From NCBI RefSeq assembly GCF_006345805.1, contig NC_042999.1:17484001-17548000 (forward strand): a stretch of DNA of 64,000 bases, read 5' to 3'. This DNA comes from Octopus sinensis. Lineage: Eukaryota. The notes under the pieces were generated by a model. It was not told the origin of the DNA. It searched no databases and was given only the letters and a program-made list of their open reading frames with translations. This document shows positions 1 to 12,765 of this stretch, piece by piece. How positions within the stretch are numbered: the first letter of the stretch is position 1; every line of letters starts with the position of its first letter. A program made the translations under genes and the position numbers.

Positions 1-914
1 TCTATATGACTATACATTTACGTATATATTTCATACGTATTTATACACAGATACATCATACATACACAGAAATATATGCATTTATCAATGTCTCCTTCAG
101 TGTATGGGAATTAAATTTTATAATGTATAAATTCTTTAAAAAGAAAAGTATGCAGACATGTCACAGACAATAGTTGAGACGAGAATACGTAAAAGCAAGT
201 ATTTCTGAGTGCTAAATGAATTATATTAGAAGAGGCTTGCAAAGTTAGATATACACTGAAGATTGAGTGCTTTACAAGATGTATTCTTCGTTGCAGACAT
301 CGTTACTACTTTTATCTTGCATAAAACCTGCAAATATTTAAAATGGTTGATAAAATATGAAAACAAAAATCGATAAATTTATGCTTGGATATGTTTTTAT
401 AAATTCTATTTAACTATAGCGTCATAATATAAAGTTATTTACTTCCAAACTAAGTGCAGTGTAGATATTTAACTTATTTTGCTAAATGATGTAACAAACG
501 TTTTGATACTTAAAATTCTGTGGCTTATGCTTGGTATATTAATATTATATCGTTCTGAAATTTTAAAAATTCTATAGGTTTTTGGGCACAGAGAAATGGA
601 TTCCAAGGTTTGATCCACAGAAAATATGAATTATAAAACATTTGAATGCTTTATACTTCCAACAGTTTTAATGGTGTTTGTTTATTTTTATGTTCCAATG
701 TTTGAAGTGCCAATAGCTACAGATGAACTTATAGTCTAAATGTGGAATCTTCCATCGATAATGGAACAATGGAATTTGAAAACTCTCACGTTGTAATGTG
801 GGAACTGTGATATACGCTGTGGTTGGCTTTAACAAAAATACATATAAAACATCAGTAATGCATATGTACAGAAAATATTTTTCAATATAAAATTGATAAT
901 CGTAAGCAATAACA

Positions 915-938
915 ATTATTATTATTATATTATTATTA

Positions 939-989
<51 letters not shown>

Positions 990-998
990 CATTATTAA
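915..998. repeat. (ATT)n microsatellite
   Basis: Near-pure ATT array seen directly. Confidence 0.95.
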
Positions 999-1079
999 TA
1001 TTCTCGTTAACATCTTCTTTCAATTCTGTTTCCATTTCTTGCCTAGTGTCTACCTGACACCTATATTCATGTATCAAAA

Positions 1080-1292
1080 TGTGACCGCATGAGTACCATT
1101 GGCGATTTTTTTTCCCTCCGTCTTCCCTTCTCTGGTCCTTTCCTTTTCCTATGTTTTCTGACGAAGAGCTCCGCTCGAAACGTAAAACCCTCCATCTGCC
1201 CTTCCTTCTTGAGCGTTTAATAATACTATATTTGTTCCACGTCCTCGCGTTGTTGTGTTTTCTCTTTGTGTTTCCATGTTTGGATTAACTTT
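1080..1292 (+). mobile_element. Family A ~210-bp hammerhead-bearing Penelope-like terminal repeat, copy 1
   Basis: Homologous to 16115-16324 (-) and 19861-20066 (-); shared start TGTGACC and shared end TGGATTAAC; contains CTGACGA..GAAAC core; 3' end abuts (TA)n. Confidence 0.8.
1154..1188 (+). ncRNA. Minimal type-I hammerhead ribozyme motif (family A)
   Basis: TTT-CTGACGA-A-GAGC-tcc-GCTC-GAA-ACGT-A-AAA: core boxes, 4-bp stem II, palindromic ACGT stem III (dimer type), GUA triplet, short stem I. Confidence 0.65.
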
Positions 1293-1305
1293 ATATATAT
1301 ATAGG

Positions 1306-1511
1306 GAAAGTTCATGAAAAAAACAAAAGACGAAGACAGGTGGTGTACAAAACAAACAGATGTATTAGTATAACGCTCAGGAATTGAAAAAGTATTTTAC
1401 GTTTCCACCCTACACTCTTCTACAGAAAGTGACACAGAAAAACAAAACAAGGAGAGAAACAAGGAGAGAAAAAAAAAACTTGTGTAGTGGCTACCGATCT
1501 ATCATGGCGAC
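1306..1511 (-). mobile_element. Family A2 related ~205-bp Penelope-like repeat with decayed HHR, tail-to-tail with copy A1
   Basis: Minus strand reads TTT-CTGTAGA-AGAGTGTAGGGTG-GAAACGTAAAA (1395-1428) then GAGCGTT..TAATAC as in family A; (TA)n on both sides. Confidence 0.55.
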
Positions 1512-1927
1512 TATATATATAAGAATATACACAGACAGGCACTCACACGCGGGTCCACACGCACGCACACATGCACAGAGAAACACGCACCTACACACAC
1601 TCACACACACAATCACATATGCATATATATTCTCGCACTCATTATATATTCATAATACATCCATATGTACAAAACCTATATATTCATGCGTGCAATTAAG
1701 CTTGTAAATGCAAGTGGCCCTTAACTGTTGAAGGAGAATGTAACATGTTCTTATGTATCTGATTTTGTTACGAGTTCATTCGGTGCAATTATCTATTTAG
1801 CCATATTTACATGTAAATCATAAATCATACTAATTGAACATCTGGAAGAAAATAATCTCGTGCAAATATCCCAAATGAACGTCTTTTTCTTTTTTCTTTC
1901 AGAAACGTTAATAAAATAACACTACAT

Positions 1928-1934
1928 ATATATT

Positions 1935-1986
<52 letters not shown>

Positions 1987-2005
1987 TATATATATTATAT
2001 CTATA

Positions 2006-2065
<60 letters not shown>

Positions 2066-2102
2066 GATATATATATATATTATATGTATATATATATATA
2101 TG
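1928..2102. repeat. (TA)n microsatellite, imperfect
   Basis: Seen directly. Confidence 0.95.
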
Positions 2103-2605
2103 CGTACATGTACACTAGCAGCCAAACACACATCATGCAATCTCTGGGACTTTCAGTTTATATCTGATTTAAATGATATAAAGAAGAAAGAATTAGTGAT
2201 GTGTTGGGCCATGTGTGAATGAATGTGTAATGCTGCTCATGTTTGCCAGTAAACAGAGAGGAAGAGAGTTGAATGCAGTTGAAGTACATTCATGACCAAT
2301 ATTTCTGTACTGAAAATTGTGCGTTTAAATACATATAAAATATTTAGAGATCGCCCAGAAGACATATTCTTGAATACGTTCTGTCGGTATGCATAAGTTT
2401 GTTATTCTGTCACAGATGTTCGCGATATTCCTGTGAATCACTTCGGTGACGTGCATGCAATGGTGTGTGTAAGTACTCAATGGCTTTTGTGAATATTTGC
2501 GGCTTTATACCTGTTTAACACTTCATGTAGAAACACACGCTCTCATTCATAAGAGTACACACTGCATATGCAATCAGGACAATATGTGCACACACACAGA
2601 GGCGA

Positions 2606-2698
2606 ATATATATATATATATATATTATATATATGTATACATATAAAAAACATATTACACACGCATAAACACTCACACACACACATATATACACACAC

Positions 2699-2739
<41 letters not shown>

Positions 2740-3030
2740 CATACGTATATATGTATGCATATATATATATATAATATATATATAGTACGTATATATATGC
2801 ATATATATATACATACGTATATATATATATATATAATATATATATATATATACATACGTACATACATATATATATATGCATATATATATATATATATACG
2901 TATATATAATATATATATATGCATATATATACGTACGTATATATATGCATACACACACACACACACACACACATGTAATTATACACACGTTCACACACAT
3001 GTATGTGCATGCGTATGGAGGTATATATAT
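2606..3030. repeat. Compound (TA)n/(CA)n/(TACA)n microsatellite
   Basis: Seen directly; source of the YI/CV pseudo-ORFs. Confidence 0.95.
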
Positions 3031-3419
3031 GTATATACATGATATTAATAAAAGCAAGTACTTAAAGAACATGTATTCAGACTGACATATTCTGACATGC
3101 ATTTAATATTTACACAGAATAAATCGTAAACGAGTACTAGGACACACATTCGCACACAAAATCAGGCATAAATGAATCGAAACACCCATAAATAAAAACA
3201 TTCATACGTATATTCATATCTGTATATATATATATATAAGCGCGTACGCACCTACGTATATGCTTCAGCGTATGAATACGTCATGCATCCAGATATGTGA
3301 GTGTGCCTATGGGTTATAATTATTTATGCAGAATCCTAGCGGAAGTCTGTGAATAATTTTTACGCAATAAAGCATATGAATTGAACATGTTCTTATACAG
3401 ATATTATAAATGTATCCGT

Positions 3420-3455
3420 TAAATATATATCACAATATATATGTGTGTGTATATA

Positions 3456-3513
<58 letters not shown>

Positions 3514-3544
3514 TATATGCATGTATGTATGTATGTGTATACAT

Positions 3545-3603
<59 letters not shown>

Positions 3604-3699
3604 TATATATATCGCATTATACATATATATATCACAAAATATATGTATAATATGTATAAATATATACATATAAATACATATACATGCATACGTGTGTCT

Positions 3700-3738
<39 letters not shown>

Positions 3739-3800
3739 GAAAGCGAGAGACATACATACGCACACATATATAGATGCATATATAAGCATATACACACGCA
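3420..3800. repeat. Compound (TA)n/(GA)n microsatellite
   Basis: Seen directly. Confidence 0.95.
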
Positions 3801-4873
3801 GAAACGCACATATGTATATATAAATGATACATAATTAATATTAACATATGAATATATATGTTGTATGTGTAGGCGAATAAAAGCATGTGTGTAAATGTCT
3901 GTATTCCCTGAGAAAATTATAGTACACCCGCCCCACATATATATATATATATGTATATATACATGCATATATTTGTTATGATAGATAGACAGTTCGATAT
4001 GTTAATGTAAGTACACTGCATTTTCTCATCGCGACAGTGCTATATTTTCGTGTGTTCTCCGTGTGAATCTAACAAGAAACAAGCTGTTGAAAATTGGAAA
4101 GAAAATGGAAAGACTCACAGAAGATTTGAATTCTCTGTGTAGAATCACTAGAGCATATAAGAGATGCAGTGTTCTGTGAAGTCAGCTGCCAGTAAGAGTT
4201 GTTAGCCAGTATTGACAAGGTGGAAATTCTAAGCATATACCTGTCAGTATCTATCGACCGCAGTTCGGCTTTGTTGCACAAATATTAATTCAACTTCTAC
4301 CAAAAATCTGAAGGACAAAACGATGGAATGTATATATCTCTCTTTCTTTCCGCCATTTTCTCCCTATCTGTATATGTCTCTCTGTCATTCTTTCTTCCAT
4401 TTTATAAACACGCAGTCATGTGATATCGCACATGCACACATTATCCCACACTCGCACACCAATACATACGTGCTTCTTATTAAATATATTTATATTTAAC
4501 ATTTGAACGCTAATTCGAAGGAACGCAAAAATTCTTATCTATAGTGTACCACAATTATGTTTACGAGGAGATAGTGACGTCGAAGTTTTCTCTTACCGCT
4601 AACAGACAGATTTCGAAGGAAATGCCACGTTTTTCTTTGTTTAACACATGCACACACTTCCACGGGAGCGCACGCATGCGTACGAAAAACGGAACTTACG
4701 AATATATACAATGAATTAAAATTTATGCATATATGTGTCTGTGTGAGTGTGCTTCTGTGATTGTGTGTGTGGATGTGTGTAAATAAGCACATGTAAGCAT
4801 GTGTATATGCATGTATGTATGTACGTTAGTATGTATATGTCACACACAGGCGCACACACACTCTCTCTGTCTT

Positions 4874-4912
<39 letters not shown>

Positions 4913-4913
<1 letters not shown>

Positions 4914-5306
4914 CTCTTACTCTTTACTCTCTTTTATTTGTTTCATTCATTTGACTGTGGCCATGCTGGATCACCGCTTTTAGTCGATTAAATAGACCCC
5001 GGACTTATTCTTTGTAAGCCTAGTACTTATTTTATCGGTTTCTTTTTGCCGAACCGCTAAATTACGGGGGCGTATACACACCAGCATCGGTTGTCAAGCG
5101 GTGTTGGGGGGGGGGGCAAACACAGACACAAAACACGCACATACACACATATAATATATACGACAGGCTTCTTTCAGTTTCCGTCTACCAAATCCACTCA
5201 CAAGCCTTTGGTCGGCCTGAGGCTATAGTAGAAGACACCTACCCAAGGTGCCACACAGTGGGACTGAACCCGGAACCATGTGATTCGTAAGCAAGCTACT
5301 TACCAC
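4913..5306 (-). mobile_element. S2 tRNA-derived SINE
   Basis: Reverse complement of the 14364/22877/40487 copies, including B-box-like GGTTCAGTCCC and tail CATGGCCGCAGTCAAATGA; extreme 5' end missing. Confidence 0.85.
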
Positions 5307-5560
5307 GGGAGGGAGAAAGCTACTCGACAAAGACGCCGAAAGAAGAAGTACCCCAAAAGGCTGTGTCCCAGTATGGTCGCAGTGTAATGACTGGAATAAG
5401 TAACAAGAAAATAATTTTAAAGATGCAAACACACACATGCACACGCACACGCACGCGTACACACACACACGCGCGCGTAGACACATATATAATTCTGTAA
5501 AATACATCTTTTAGTACTAAATTTGAAATACGTCACCTTACCCTTTCTATTTTAATATGT

Positions 5561-5950
5561 GAGTGGAGGCGCAATGGCCCAGTAGTTAGGGCTGCGGACT
5601 CGCGATCATAGGATCGCCGTTTCGATTCCCAGACCGGGCGTTGTGAGTGTTTATTGAGCGAAAACACCTAAAGCTCCACGAGGCTCCGGCAGGGGATGAT
5701 GGTGATCCCTGCTGTACTCTTTCACCAAAAACTTTCTCTCACTCTTACTTCCTGTTCCTGTTGTACCTGTACTTCAAGGGGCCGGCCTTGTCACTCTCTG
5801 TGTCACGCTGAATATCCCCGAGAACTACGTTAAGGATGCACGTGTCTGTGGAATGCTCAGCCACTTACACGTTAATTTCACGAGCAGGCTGTTCCGTTGA
5901 TCGGATCAACCGGAACCCTCATCGTCGTAACCGACGGAGTGCTTCCAAAA
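5561..5950 (+). mobile_element. S1 tRNA-derived SINE, tail type 1, full length with TSD
   Basis: A-box TGGCCCAGTAGTT and B-box GTTTCGATTCC; 12-bp TSD ATTTTAATATGT at 5549-5560 and 5951-5962; near-identical to 56748-57141. Confidence 0.9.
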
Positions 5951-6025
5951 ATTTTAATATGTAATTAGTTGTATTTCATCACTTTGTATATAACAATAAT
6001 ATTCTTTAAGCGTACGCCTTTGAAT

Positions 6026-6320
6026 TATGCAAATATGGAAATACGACGCCTGGAACAGCAAGCGTATTTAAATTTCTGTAAATCATATTGATTTTTTTTG
6101 AAGAAATTTTATTTTTACGACGTAAGATCTAACATTAAAAATTGGGTTTATAACTGTTCTGAACTGAATAACTTTTCTTCAAAAACTAAGTAAAGTTACT
6201 CTCTTACTCATGTAGAGGCATGTGCTCGAATATCAGCTATCGCTGGACGTGCGGAGAGGCTCCACTACGCGACCGCCAAAATGTGCTTGTATAGAGAGGG
6301 CATGAATAATGTAAGATTAC
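6026..6320 (+). repeat. Left arm of ~300-bp inverted repeat (partner 8421-8726)
   Basis: Aligns by eye along its length to the reverse complement of 8421-8726; both start at TATGCAAATATGGAAATACGACGCCTGG. Confidence 0.85.
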
Positions 6321-6327
6321 GCAGCCA

Positions 6328-6621
6328 TAAGGCGGTGAGCTTGCAGAATCGTTAGCACACCGGGAAAAAATCTTAGAAACATTTTAAAAGGCAGCGAGAT
6401 GGCAGAAACGTTAGCACGCCGGGCGAAATGCGTAGCCGTATTTCGTCTGCCGTTACGTTATGAGTTCAAATTCCGCCGAGGTCGACTTTGCCTTTCATCC
6501 TTTCGCGGTCGATAAATTAAGTAACAGTTACGCACTGGGTGCGATGTAATCGACTTAATCAGTTTTTTCTGTTTTTGTTTGTCCTCTCTATGTTTAGCCC
6601 CTTGTGGGTAGTAAAGAAATA
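6328..6621 (+). mobile_element. S3 SINE with duplicated head, TSD-flanked
   Basis: Two AAGGC(G/A)G..GCAGAA.CGTTAGCAC heads in tandem; TSD GTAAGATTACGCAG(C/T)CA at 6311-6327 and 6622-6638 (16/17). Confidence 0.88.
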
Positions 6622-7209
6622 GTAAGATTACGCAGTCAAAATTCCTTCTGAAATAATACTGCTCAGACATGCTGATCAGAGGGTTAACACTGACAATATC
6701 TCGGCAATAATCGCGCAGTTTCTTTTCTGGTATGACACAACCAACGTATTTTATTTACCAATTTATCTTATCCGATGTACTTTTACGTTTTCCCAAAGGG
6801 AAAAATAACAATCAATTCCACCATTAGCAACTTCCATCGTTCTCTCTCTCTTTCTCGTTCCTTCTTTTTCCCTATATTTCGTGCATATATCATTGTTAAC
6901 CAACACCTGCGCATATACGATTCTTCTAGATGTATTGCAAGTTTTTTCTCTTTCCATTACCAATTTACGTTTCATAAAATATCTAACGATATACGGATAT
7001 TTGATCATAACCTATCTCTTTAATATAGAAAATAAAAATATTTCCTGTTATTTATTTCTTGTTTACAGAGAAATATTGTTTTAAAAAAATTGTCTTTTAT
7101 ATTTTTCTCATAATTATTTAAGCAATTCAATATTTTTAAATATAAAATATAAATGGTTTTGTTATAAATACCGTGTGTTTTCTTATCAATATTTCTTCTT
7201 TACATGTCG

Positions 7210-7365
7210 GACAAACAGGTTAGTGTCATTTCGTCCGTTGTTCCGCTCTGAATTCAAATTCCGTCGCAGACAACATGTCTCAGCGTGTCGGGGTCGATAA
7301 AATAAATAACAGATGATTTCTCGCCGCTCATGAAATTACTGGCCTTGTGCCAAAATTTGAAACAA
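7210..7365 (+). mobile_element. S4 SINE (S3-like body, alternative tail CTGGCCTTGTGCCAAAATTTGAAAC), diverged
   Basis: TCAAATTCCG and GGGGTCGATAAAATAA motifs plus a tail shared with the 29700 and 36880 copies. Confidence 0.6.
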
Positions 7366-7469
7366 CATTTCCTCTAGTTCTTATGCATCCTTCTTTCATT
7401 TTATTGTGAATAGCACACCATTGGATGTCTGCTATACGTTACATGTCTACTTATCTTGCCTTGAAGCAT

Positions 7470-7532
<63 letters not shown>

Positions 7533-8024
7533 TAGTTGAATGAATTATCTTAGTATGGATAATTCGGTTAACCGATACCTGGGTAGCAAATTCACGTCAG
7601 AAAAACACGGTTGAAGCTATATGCAAAGGGCAGAGATCACTGCTTTCGTGTGGAAATTTGTGTGTTATTTTAATACAAATAAATGAAAGAATGGAGTTGA
7701 ACGACGATTTAACAAAAGTCCTTTATTCTCGACATATTCCTAATTTCGAAGGAATAAGGGGTGCATTATGCCGCCTTCGCATCAGGAAAAACAATGAACT
7801 TATGTCAGCATCAAGATGAACAAAAGCTCTTAGATGACTGCCCACACGGAGTCCGTAGCGATAATGAGTGTTTCTTTAAAATATTCCGTTATAAGCAGTG
7901 ACGCCAAAAAATAGTTGAATGTAGAAGATTCTAGAAAGTTCAAGGGTTCAAACAAGGTTGGAGGGGAGAGATCTAAGAATAGGAAGGTGACAGGGTGCAA
8001 GTCATGTATATATATATATATGAA

Positions 8025-8255
8025 GGGGCGAGCTGATAAAAACGTTAGCACCGGGGCTGAAATGCTTCGCGGTATTTCGTCTTCCGTTACGTTCGGAGTT
8101 CAAATTACGCCGAGGTCGACTTTGCCTTTCATCTTTCGGGGTCGATTAAATAAGTACCAGTTACGCACTGGTGTCGATATTATCGACTTAATCCGTTTGT
8201 CTGTCCTTGTGTTGTCCTCTCTGTATTTAGCCCCTTGTAGGTAGTAAAGAAATAG
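8025..8255 (+). mobile_element. S3 SINE
   Basis: Colinear with other S3 copies; ends TAGCCCCTTGTAGGTAGTAAAGAAATAG. Confidence 0.85.
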
Positions 8256-8318
8256 GTCTATCTATCTATCTAATCTATCTATCTATCTATCTCTATCTAT
8301 CTATCTATCCATCCATCC

Positions 8319-8395
<77 letters not shown>

Positions 8396-8420
8396 TGTGT
8401 ATGTGCGTGTGTGTGTGTGT

Positions 8421-8726
8421 GTATTCTTAAATTATTCATGCGCTCTCTATACAAGCACTTTTTGCGGTCGAGTAGTGGAGCCCCTCTGCACGTCCAGCGA
8501 TAGCTGACATTCGAGCACATGCCCCTACATAAAGAAGAGAGTAACTTTACTTAGTTTTTGAAAAAAAAAAGAAAACACATTATATATATCAAAACAGTTA
8601 TAAAACCCAATTTTTAATGTGAAATCTTACAATGTACAAATGAAATTTCTTCCGAAAAAATCAATATGATTTACAGAAATTTAAATATGCTTCATGTTCC
8701 AGGCGTCGTATTTCCATATTTGCATA
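8421..8726 (-). repeat. Right arm of ~300-bp inverted repeat (partner 6026-6320)
   Basis: Reverse complement aligns along its length to 6026-6320. Confidence 0.85.
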
Positions 8727-8823
8727 TGTGTGTGGTATGTGTTTATATGTTTGGATGTGTGTGAGCGTGTGTGTGTGCTTAAGTGCGCATCTTTGTGTGT
8801 ATACGTGTGAATATATATATATA

Positions 8824-9190
8824 TGTAGTGTTGATAGCTCTGGTGTCGCGAATAGCCAGTTAGCTTGTTAAAAGATATATATTAGCGACGGAGGCAGCAT
8901 TAGTACCAAAGGTAATATTTATTCCCTCTTCAACGTTATATAGCCAGCGGATAGATTGCGACGCCAGCCTCTGTTCTGTCACATATTGTCTCTTTATACA
9001 GCCCGCGGGAGATGAGTCGGTGATATCTCTAGCGCTCGAGCCTCCATAACCAATGAGATCAAAGAAGATCCAAATGAGGAGATTTGGTAGTCTCGATGAT
9101 GGAGCTGCTGGGGAGTTATTTCCCCTCTGGCTATATAACGAACAAGCACGCCAAATGCCTATATGACAGTCCGTCGTGGTAAATACCACA
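8824..9190. mobile_element. Possible solo LTR or structured repeat (TGT...ACA)
   Basis: GC-richer block starting TGTAGTG and ending TACCACA; internal 17-bp inverted repeat at 8934-8950 and 9124-9140; no clean TSD. Confidence 0.3.
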
Positions 9191-9284
9191 GTAAAGTTTT
9201 TACTAACAGAACATTCACGTTTAAGTGGGAATAAACAACTCTTTCACTGTAATCGTTTGGATACAGGCATTTGCGCCCGGAGAA

Positions 9285-9612
9285 TAAGACTCCTACATAT
9301 ATTTTTTAAAACCTGGTACAGTTTTGACGAACCGCTAATTTATGGGCACATAATCCCACCAATCCCAGTTGTCAAGTGGAGGTGGGTGACAAACAAAGGC
9401 AGAAAGACACACACATACAAAAAAATACACACACACATACACGCATATGTACGATTAGCTCCTTTCAGTTTCCATCTACGAAATTCACTCTCAAGTCTTT
9501 TTTTTTTCTACTACATGTCCAAAGTAGAAAATACTTGCCGAGGATCCCGCGCAAAGGAAACGAAACAGAAAACGTGGTTGAGAAACAAGCTTCTTACCAC
9601 ACAGTAACGCCT
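9285..9612 (-). mobile_element. S2 SINE, diverged
   Basis: GCTTCTTACCACACAG head, TTTCAGTTTCCATCTAC, internal CA/TA repeat and GTTGTCAAG motifs. Confidence 0.7.
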
Positions 9613-10056
9613 GCGAATCTCTATATTTCGTAGGAAGGGGAAAGCCGATTACACCACCACACTGTCCAACGGGTACTTATTTTATCGACCACGAAAGAAT
9701 CTAAGGCAAATCGATCAACATAGGATTCCAACGAAAGAGACACGAAGTACCGGTCAACATTTTGTAAAGATTTAGTTCCAGGTGCTGTTGCATTGCATGG
9801 GACCCTGAGTACGTGTATTTTAGCACAGCCTCGGGCTGACCAAGCCCTTCTTAGTGAATTTTCTAGATGGAAACGAAAGAAGCTCGTCGTTATACACACA
9901 CACACACACATAAAAAGGAAAATATATTACATATTAAAAGACGTACACGTAGGACAGACACTGAAGAACTCCAATTGTTCTTCAGTTATCAATCGGAATG
10001 TTAATACTCATGCTTTTTATGATAAGACTGAGGACTTCGCATATCGGCGGCACCAG

Positions 10057-10093
<37 letters not shown>

Positions 10094-10110
10094 TAGATAG
10101 ATACATACAT

Positions 10111-10141
<31 letters not shown>

Positions 10142-10449
10142 TACACACAGACACACACACGCACACACACACACACACACACACATATATACCGTTTCGA
10201 ACAGCAATGTTAATATGTAAATAACATGGTTGAAAAACTAGAAATCAATTTAATTGTAATTATAGTAATGAGATATTACAGTTCTCCTCAGTGAGAAAAA
10301 AGAATACATAACCAAAAACATTATTATTGTTACAGAAGACTTGATTGGGTGAGTGTCACATAACATATTCAGATATACATATTATCCTTATGAAAGATGG
10401 GTGCATCCTAACATAGTGTCGTTGAGTCGCGCTTTGTACACACACACTA

Positions 10450-10481
<32 letters not shown>

Positions 10482-10515
10482 TATATATATGTATACATAC
10501 ATGTATATATGCATA

Positions 10516-10822
10516 TGGAGGCGCAATGGCCTAGTGGTTAGGGCAGCGGACTCGCGGTCGCAGGATCGCGGTTTCGATTCCAAGACCGGGCGTTGTGTGT
10601 GTTTATTGAGCGAAAACACCTAAAAGCTCCACGAGGCTCCGGCAGGTGGTGGTGATCCCTGCTGTACTCTTTCACCACTCTTTCTCCCACTCTTCCTTCT
10701 GTTGGCCTGCTCTCTTAGCCAGCGGGGTGGCGTCATTCGATAGCTAAAACAATGCGAACGCATTGTGACCAGCGATGTGTAACAGCATCTGATGGTCTGG
10801 TCGGTCACGTGATCACGTGATA
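10516..10822 (+). mobile_element. S1 SINE, tail type 2
   Basis: Head and middle match 5561/56748; diverges after CTCTTTCACCAC into a tail ending GGTCGGTCACGTGATCACGTGAT. Confidence 0.85.
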
Positions 10823-10858
10823 TATGCATATATATATATACAAATATATACATGTATG

Positions 10859-10890
<32 letters not shown>

Positions 10891-11499
10891 CACACATACA
10901 TACATACACACATAAACACACAAACACTCGTACATATATACATACAAATATATTATGCATCAATGAAACCGTGCCATGGGCGACACATTCTTCATTTTTG
11001 CTGGAATGTGATTGACTGCGGATTCTAACACTACTGACAGCACTCTATGCAAGTTGAATGCCCTTGTTGCTGCTATAAATTCGTTTGTAAAATTCCTTAT
11101 ACGAATATACAACTTTCACGATTCTTTATTGCATTGTAAGATTTTCGACTATTGTAGAATATGAGCTGGGAAGAATAGCATCTAAAATTTTGTCTCACTA
11201 TGAACTGGATTCCAAAGCCGCTTTTTTAACCTGTTCTCGGAGTTTTTGAGGAATGATCTAGTATGCTAATTTTAATACTACGAATTCAACGTACCAAATT
11301 ATCAGCTTGGTGTCAGTGAATACTGACGAATTCCTACGATTTCGAGAATTCGTTCATTTATGAAAGAACTGATGTCGTTATGGATTTTAAAATTTCGGAG
11401 GGGAAGAATTTCAACAGTGCACTCTGCTATTAAATATGAAACACTTAAGTTTCCTACCGTTCAACGTTCGAGAAATAAACTTACCTCTTCATCCTTAAC

Positions 11500-12000
11500 C
11501 TTCCTGTTGCTTGCGATGTCGCACCGACATTCACCTTACTATATACTGTACTTTTTTATTGTCTATCCACATCTTCCTAGGCATCATTAGAAATATTATT
11601 GTTCCTACACTTACACAAATCAAGCCTTGTCAATTGTGTACCTTGGCATCTACATTCATATCCATAGAAATATTTGCAATATTTCCACTTCTACGCACTC
11701 CAAACATTTCTATATCTATTGATATAAGTTGCATTCAATATTCTCTTCGCTAGATATACATAAACTTTGTCACATATAAAACGTTATTTTTTAAAGAATT
11801 TCTTTTATATTCCCTACTTACAAAGTCTCAACATAATCTGAAATACCTCTACTCAAAAATGCATTTGAATCTTTTTCCCTTGCAAGACACGAACTTAATG
11901 TCCAAAATTCTCTGATATTTTCCAACATTACTACAACGGTGATTTGAATTTTATTTATACGTTGATTTAAGGAATTTAGATGTAAAAGAACAATTATGAA
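11500..12000 (-). pseudogene. Heavily decayed RLE-type LINE 3' region (tentative)
   Basis: Minus-strand fragments LISIDIE and RKMWIDNKKVQYIV resemble the (I/L)ID..P and E..RMW..P.IVG segments of the Dong copies; many stops. Confidence 0.3.
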
Positions 12001-12135
12001 ACGTCCCAAGTATAAAAAAGAAATGTCATTTTATTGAGAACATTGTAAAGACGGTATTCGAAAATTGAAGCGCCATTATTGGGACCAGAAACTAAAACAA
12101 TGTTTTCTATTACCACAAGGTTACCTTCTGGCAAA

Positions 12136-12240
<105 letters not shown>

Positions 12241-12294
12241 GTATTTTATTGTTTGTATGTGACCTCAGCGCTGAGCATATATTTATGAGATTAT

Positions 12295-12450
12295 GTTACG
12301 TTCTATGTTCAAATTCCGCCGAGGTCGACTTTGCTTTTCATTCTTTCGGGATCGATAAATTACGCACTGTGGTCGATGTAATCGACTTAATTCCTTTGTC
12401 TGTCCTTGATTTTCCTCTTTATGTTTAGCCCCTTGTGGGTAATAAAGAAA
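12295..12450 (+). mobile_element. S3 SINE, 5'-truncated
   Basis: GTTCAAATTCCGCCGAGGTCGACTTTGC through TAGCCCCTTGTGGGTAATAAAGAAA. Confidence 0.85.
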
Positions 12451-12580
12451 CATATATTTTGATATTACTGAAATACAATGTTTCTACATATATTTTAATT
12501 AATCGACCCTGAAAAAAAAGAAAGAAAAGCAAACGCCAGGAGGTGTTCACTTCCATGAATGCTGAAATGAGACCGTAAAG

Positions 12581-12765
12581 GCCTAGAAAGGGCATTGTTC
12601 TTATTTTTTTTATTGCCCACAAGGGGCTAGAAAAATCATTGTTCTTATTTTTTTATTTCCCACAAGGGGCTAGAAAAAGCATTGTTCGTATTTTCTTATT
12701 GCCCACAAGGGGCTAGAAAAGCATTGTTCTTATTTTCTTATTGCCCACAAAGGGCTAGAAAAAGC
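12581..12765. repeat. ~43-bp minisatellite, about 4.3 units
   Basis: Unit GGCTAGAAAAAGCATTGTTCTTATTTTCTTATTGCCCACAAGG starting near 12581, 12625, 12668, 12711 and 12753. Confidence 0.9.

Noticed and set aside
2515-3968. Long ORFs rich in YI/CV/HT (also 35367-36156, 43146-43550, 46510-46900 and similar)
   Set aside because: Stop-free translations of (TA)n, (CA)n and (TCTA)n microsatellites.
5561-5640. tRNA genes at SINE heads (S1, S2, S3, 18231)
   Set aside because: A/B boxes are present but there is no complete cloverleaf, and they continue into SINE bodies with TSDs.
6670-6690. piggyBac-like GGGTTAA ends (also about 22425)
   Set aside because: No matching TTAACCC partner end found.
9960-9988. 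Perfect 10-bp hairpin ACTGAAGAAC-tccaatt-GTTCTTCAGT
   Set aside because: Isolated; contains CTGAAGA but no GAAA box; could arise by chance.
12581-12765. CRISPR-like array
   Set aside because: Units are contiguous near-identical repeats with no unique spacers; eukaryotic context.
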